A stretch of DNA of 64,000 nt from an uncultured Gemmatimonadales bacterium (GTDB lineage Bacteria > Gemmatimonadota > Gemmatimonadetes > Gemmatimonadales > GWC2-71-9). The translations under genes and the position numbers were made by a program. Position 1 is the stretch's first letter; each line of letters begins with the position of its first letter. The stretch spans positions 1,056,001-1,120,000 of the forward strand of contig CAWHFW010000005.1 of NCBI GenBank assembly GCA_963828735.1, written 5' to 3'. This document shows, piece by piece, positions 61,974 to 64,000 of this stretch. The notes under the pieces are model-generated. The model did not search any database. It was given only the letters and a program-made list of their open reading frames with translations, and was not told where the DNA came from.

Positions 61974-63017
61974 TTACGCGGCGCTGCGCAGCGCGAGTCC
62001 GATCGGGAGCATCAGCAGCGGGGCGACCTCGTCGACCGGATACTGGTCGAAGACGCCGTCGGCCACCTGGAGCTTCTCGATCGGGTTGGCCAGCTGGACC
62101 GGGATGCGCAGCCGGTCCGAGAGCACCTTGTTGAGCCGCGGAATGCGCGCGCCGCCGCCCGTGGTGAAGACCCGCGAGATGCCGCCGGCGGAGCGGCTGG
62201 CGGACTGGAGGAACGCCGCCGCGCGCTCGATGCCCACCGCCAGCTCCTCGCCGCGGGACTCGAGGAGCGGATCGAGCGCCTCGTTCGCGTCGGCGCCCTT
62301 GAGGACCGCGTCCGCCTCGTCGGCGGAGAGCCCACGCTCCCGCTGCAGGTCTTCCTTGAAGCGCCGCGTGCCGACCGGGATGTCCCGGGTGAGCACCGGC
62401 ACGCCGTCGTCCAGGATGTTGATGTTGGTGGTCTCGTGCCCGATGTTGACCAGCCCGACGACACCGCGCATGGCCTCGGGGTAGTTCACCTCGAAGGCGT
62501 TGTGCAGGGCGAAGGCGTCCACGTCCACCACGCTGGCCTCGAGCCCGACGTCGGACAGGAGCGCCACCTTGTGCTCCACCAGCTCGCGCTTGGCGGCCAC
62601 GAGGAGCACCGTCATCTGGAGGCCGTCGGCCTCGGGGTCGAGGATCTGGAAGTCGAGCTCGACGTTGTCCATGTCGAACGGCACGTGCTGCTCCGCTTCC
62701 CAGCGGATGACTTCGCGCGCCTCGGCTTCCTTCATCCGGTCCATCGCGATTTTCTTGATGATGACGTCACGGCCGCCCACGGCCGTGACGATCTTCTTCG
62801 ACTTGATGCCGGCGGAGGCCATCAGTCCCTTGATGGCTTCGGCGACAATAGCAGGGTCCATCACCTCGCCGTCGACGATGGCGTCGTTCACGACCGAGGT
62901 GAACGCGACCTTGGTGAGGACCGGCCCGCCCGAGCCGTGCGTGATCGCGACGAGCTTGATCAGGCCGCTGCCGATGTCCAGGCCGACCGTCGTCGCATTG
63001 CGCCCGAAGAGTCCCAT
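61974..63017 (-). CDS. pilM: Type IV pilus assembly protein PilM
   Basis: VGLDIGSG, VPFD, LLVAAK, NIGHETT, TGGGA, IGLALR. Confidence 0.93.
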   Translation of the reverse strand: MGLFGRNATTVGLDIGSGLIKLVAITHGSGGPVLTKVAFTSVVNDAIVDGEVMDPAIVAEAIKGLMASAGIKSKKIVTAVGGRDVIIKKIAMDRMKEAEAREVIRWEAEQHVPFDMDNVELDFQILDPEADGLQMTVLLVAAKRELVEHKVALLSDVGLEASVVDVDAFALHNAFEVNYPEAMRGVVGLVNIGHETTNINILDDGVPVLTRDIPVGTRRFKEDLQRERGLSADEADAVLKGADANEALDPLLESRGEELAVGIERAAAFLQSASRSAGGISRVFTTGGGARIPRLNKVLSDRLRIPVQLANPIEKLQVADGVFDQYPVDEVAPLLMLPIGLALRSAA

Positions 63018-63110
63018 TACGAGTCCGGTTGTTAAGGGGTGGCTCAGGCCTGCTTCATCGCTCCGGGCCTGCGTCGACGCCGGGGCATGAGGGTAGTCCG
63101 GCCCCGAGAG

Positions 63111-63126
63111 GGCAACCGATGTGCCA
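63111..63126 (-). promoter_or_regulatory. sigma54 promoter of the pilMNOPQ operon
   Basis: TGGCAC-ATCGG-TTGCC, about 95 bp upstream of pilM. Confidence 0.75.
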
Positions 63127-63392
63127 CACAAATTGCACTTGGGGAAGTCGTTGGAAGGAAGCGTTTTACTGCGGAGGTCGGCGGCGTTCCGCAGGGCACG
63201 GAAGGCCCCGCTTCTTCTCTTTCGCAAGCCCATTCTCGGGATGCGGGAGTGCAGTCGTTGAACCTTGCAGTGCAACTACTTGCAGAGTGCGGTGATCCGG
63301 CCGATTCTCGAGGCACCGCCCCGAGGATGAGACGCAAAGGAGCCATGCGCGAGCATGGCTCCTTTGATTCATCGGTATCTACGCCGTCACGC

Positions 63393-63998
63393 TCAGTGCA
63401 GCTGCGCCCAGCTCCGGTACGCCAGCGGCTCGGCGAACGCGGAGCCGTTGATGGCCTTGCTCAGCGAGCACGACGAGTACTGGAGGGTGGTGTTACCGCT
63501 GATGCCGTTCTGGTCGTCAATGTCCACGTTCTGCGCCAGCAGCGCGCCGACCACCTTGTTGCCGTTACCGTTGATCTTGATGCCGCCCTTGGCCACGATC
63601 AGGCCGTAGAACTCGAACCCACCGACGATCTCCAGATCGCCCTCCACCAGGAGGAGTCCCTGCCCGCGTGCGCCGGCCGCCATCTTCACCTGCGCCCCGC
63701 TCGCGTAGATGATCGGGAAGTAGGTGGAGCACGCCTTGATGTAGCCAGCGGTGCGCTCGGGCTCGCCCCAGTTGAACCGGTCGGAGACGTCGCAGCGGAA
63801 CGGCGCCGCCGCGAGCAGGTGCGGGGCGGGCATGATCGGTGTGGTCTCGGGAATGACGATGTCCGCGTTTTTCTTGAGCTCGTCGAACGTCACGTCGCCG
63901 AAGATGTTGAAGAAGTCGGAGGTGACGGTCGGATCGTTGGCCACCTCCTTCGGCGCGCCGAAGAGGTTGTCCTGGTCGGCGCTGGCCGCGCCGGTCGT
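63393..63998 (-). CDS. Partial CDS, PilX-like minor pilin C-terminal region
   Basis: GQGLLLVEGDL...FYGLIV...GALL repeats; upstream of pilM; frame open to the window edge. Confidence 0.6.
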   Translation of the reverse strand, partial: TTGAASADQDNLFGAPKEVANDPTVTSDFFNIFGDVTFDELKKNADIVIPETTPIMPAPHLLAAAPFRCDVSDRFNWGEPERTAGYIKACSTYFPIIYASGAQVKMAAGARGQGLLLVEGDLEIVGGFEFYGLIVAKGGIKINGNGNKVVGALLAQNVDIDDQNGISGNTTLQYSSCSLSKAINGSAFAEPLAYRSWAQLH

Positions 63999-64000
63999 GG

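Overview
High-GC bacterial chromosome window. Gene content (many Hanks-type Ser/Thr kinases, pilM-Q next to aroC/aroK/topA/trmFO/xerC/hslVU) suggests Gemmatimonadota; this is an inference. From ~26.8 kb rightwards it is mostly core and signalling genes: FeS-GGDEF, sigma54 activator, RCC1 lipoprotein, hybrid histidine kinase, mogA/moaB, gcvT, argF, a kinase/metalloprotease insert, hslUV, xerC, trmFO, topA, aroK, aroC and pilMNOPQ. The left ~25 kb is an accessory mosaic. Main observations: (1) six related 28-bp sites (11-bp arm, 6-bp spacer, 11-bp arm) whose flanks assort like attL/attP/attR/attB split 6.4-23 kb into tandem cargo modules (receptor-like kinases, enzymes, defence nucleases), with no integrase in the array. 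(2) A GEMM-I riboswitch with A at the ligand-discriminating position 20 (cGAMP-type) leads an unannotated lipoprotein, and a GGDEF enzyme in the same window has Asn at its guanine-specificity Asp. (3) An unannotated 27-aa Trp-ending peptide gene sits directly upstream of a membrane HD-GYP phosphodiesterase. (4) There is a kinase / small protein / secreted metalloprotease operon. Several genes carry frameshifts that may be sequencing indels.
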